DNA from: Candidatus Parcubacteria bacterium
GTDB taxonomy: Bacteria; Patescibacteriota; Minisyncoccia; Sungbacterales; SURF-37
DNA length: 64,000 bases
NCBI GenBank assembly: GCA_003599755.1
Contig: QZJO01000007.1
Location: 41,221-105,220 of the forward strand
Reading direction: 5' to 3'
A program made the translations under genes and the position numbers. Shown here piece after piece: positions 62,552 to 64,000 of this stretch (its first letter is position 1; each line of letters begins with the position of its first letter). Under the pieces are notes generated by a model, which was given only the letters and a program-made list of their open reading frames with translations, was not told the DNA's origin and did no database searches.

Positions 62552-63032
62552 GGAACGGCGAACGAAAACCGTCCGCGAGACCCAGGACTTTGCGCGTACG
62601 CTCATGGGAGCGTTGCGGCGGCAGAGCCCCCGGAAGGGTGCGCTCGTGCTCGCGCTCGAAGGCGAGCTGGGCAGCGGCAAGACCGCGTTTACCCAAGGTA
62701 TTGCCAAGGCGCTGGGTATCCGCGAAGCGGTGCAGAGCCCGACGTTCGTACTCATGCGCGTGTATGCACTGCGGCGTCCGATCGCCGGATTCCGCCGCTT
62801 CGCGCATATCGATGCGTATCGACTCGGCGCGGCGGATGCTCGGCGGCATCTGGGATTGCCGGCCCTGCTCGCCGATCGAGAAACGATTGTCGCCGTCGAG
62901 TGGGCAAGCCGCATCAGAGCGCTTTTGCCGCCGGATGCGGTATGGATTTCGTTCGCACATGAGCAGCGGCGCGGCCTGCCCGTCCGACAGGCGGGCCGCG
63001 CCATCCGCGTGCGCATACCGACGCATTCTTGA
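62550..63032 (+). CDS. tsaE: tRNA threonylcarbamoyladenosine biosynthesis protein TsaE
   Basis: P-loop LEGELGSGKTAFTQGIAKALG and SPTFVLMRVY. Confidence 0.8.
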   Translation: MERRTKTVRETQDFARTLMGALRRQSPRKGALVLALEGELGSGKTAFTQGIAKALGIREAVQSPTFVLMRVYALRRPIAGFRRFAHIDAYRLGAADARRHLGLPALLADRETIVAVEWASRIRALLPPDAVWISFAHEQRRGLPVRQAGRAIRVRIPTHS

Positions 63033-63034
63033 CC

Positions 63035-64000
63035 ATGAAATTGAAACGACTCGTGCTTATCGATTCGCACGCGATCATTCATCGGGCGTTCCACGCGCTG
63101 CCGCCGCTTTCGGCACCGGACGGAACGCCGACGAACGCCGCCTACGGCTTCACGACCATCCTTTTGAAGATGCTCCGCGAGCTCAAGCCGGATTACGCGA
63201 TCGCGGCCTTCGATGCGGCCGGCCCGACGTTCCGCCATGTCGCGTTCGAGCGCTACAAGGCCACGCGGGCCAAAGCTCCCGATGCGCTGTACCAGCAGAT
63301 TCCGGTCGTGAAGGAAATCACCGCGGCATTCGGCATCCCGGTCATCGAAAAGGCCGGATTCGAAGCCGATGACATTATCGGCACGATCGCGGCTGCCATG
63401 GCGAAAAAACATCCCAACATCGAAACGATCATCGTCACGGGCGATTTGGATACGCTGCAGCTGGTCGGGCCGCGCACCAAAGTATTTACCATGAAGAAAG
63501 GCATATCGGACACGGTGCTCTATGATGCGGCGGCCGTGCGCGAACGCTTCGGCCTCGATCCTGCCGCGCTCGTGGATTATAAGGCGCTGCGCGGGGACCC
63601 GTCGGACAATATTCCCGGCGTGCGCGGCATCGGCGAAAAAACTGCCGCCGCTCTGATCGCGCGCCACGGCTCGGTTGAAGAGCTCTATCGGGCGCTTAAA
63701 AAATCCAAGGAACCGATCGCCAAACCCGGCATCGTTGCCGCGCTGAAGACCCATGAGGCAGACGCATTATTTTCCAAGACACTCGCGACCATTAACGCCA
63801 AAGTTCCCATTAAATTCACGCTCGCCGCGGCAAAGATGCGTGCCGCGGATGAGGGCGGTATGCGCGCGTTGTTTTCGCGGCTCGGATTCGAAAGCTTGCT
63901 GCGGCGCCTGAACGGCGGAAACGCAAGCGCCAAGACCTCGGTTGCCGCTCCGACTCCGGGCGTGGATTTGGTCATCCGTGAAGCCGCGCGCATCGCCGAT
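63035..64000 (+). CDS. polA: DNA polymerase I, 5'-3' exonuclease domain (partial; runs past the window end)
   Basis: MKLKRLVLIDSHAIIHRAFHALPPL..GEKTAAALI (5'-nuclease/FEN motifs and H3TH); absent from the ORF track because no stop occurs in the window. Confidence 0.8.
   Translation, partial: MKLKRLVLIDSHAIIHRAFHALPPLSAPDGTPTNAAYGFTTILLKMLRELKPDYAIAAFDAAGPTFRHVAFERYKATRAKAPDALYQQIPVVKEITAAFGIPVIEKAGFEADDIIGTIAAAMAKKHPNIETIIVTGDLDTLQLVGPRTKVFTMKKGISDTVLYDAAAVRERFGLDPAALVDYKALRGDPSDNIPGVRGIGEKTAAALIARHGSVEELYRALKKSKEPIAKPGIVAALKTHEADALFSKTLATINAKVPIKFTLAAAKMRAADEGGMRALFSRLGFESLLRRLNGGNASAKTSVAAPTPGVDLVIREAARIAD

Noticed and set aside
1-64000. CRISPR arrays, rRNA genes, a transposase or intact integrase
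   Set aside because: No regularly spaced short direct repeats, no rRNA-like conserved blocks, and no DDE/HUH/tyrosine-recombinase motifs were seen; the only recombinase is the truncated serine-recombinase fragment

Overview
High-GC (~60-65%) bacterial chromosomal segment with near-saturating coding density, frequent 4-nt ATGA stop/start overlaps and mostly Shine-Dalgarno-less starts. Together with a group-I-intron-split tRNA, PaaX-like and NYN proteins and PrgI/VirB4/VirB6-like genes, this suggests an uncultivated, possibly CPR/Patescibacteria-like lineage (inference only). The window spans the canonical replication-origin neighbourhood: rpmH-rnpA-yidC-jag on the minus strand facing dnaA-dnaN on the plus strand. 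Housekeeping genes identified from motifs: rpsA, gyrA, rpmG, rpsO, pnp, a YifB/ComM ATPase, uvrD/pcrA, rsmA, a class-A PBP, tyrS, ruvC, yebC, ruvB, a PilB-type ATPase, tsaE and the 5' part of polA. Seven tRNA genes are present: Gly-GCC, Phe-GAA, Ala-CGC, Leu-TAG, Trp-CCA and one tRNA (most consistent with Thr-GGU) split by a ~200-nt intervening sequence in the anticodon loop. Accessory content is rich. (1) A decayed integrative island sits next to tRNA-Gly: the C-terminal fragment of a large serine recombinase, a 67-bp perfect terminal-inverted-repeat cassette carrying one membrane-protein gene, an inverted partial copy of the tRNA-Gly 3' end, and flanking imperfect direct repeats. (2) A tandem array of four VirB2/TrbC-like pilin paralogs has its own promoter and terminator. 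(3) A long same-strand operon (31.5-45.0 kb) encodes VirB6-like, PrgI/VirB3-like, a split VirB4 ATPase, a fifth pilin and several novel secreted or repeat proteins. Elsewhere in the window are a VirD4-like coupling ATPase with a LysM-M23 wall hydrolase and a PilB ATPase; no relaxase or VirB9/10/11 was found. (4) Several repeated or structured non-coding elements occur: two ~110-bp elements with 19-bp terminal inverted repeats abutting start codons, a twice-occurring ~60-nt motif in leaders of ruvC and a PIG-L deacetylase gene, a 36-bp perfect palindrome (plus a degenerate second copy) bracketing a PaaX-like regulator gene, and a ~160-nt structured leader closed by a 17-bp stem. No CRISPR array or rRNA gene was seen. 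All coordinates outside the ORF track were derived by eye and may be off by 1-2 nt.
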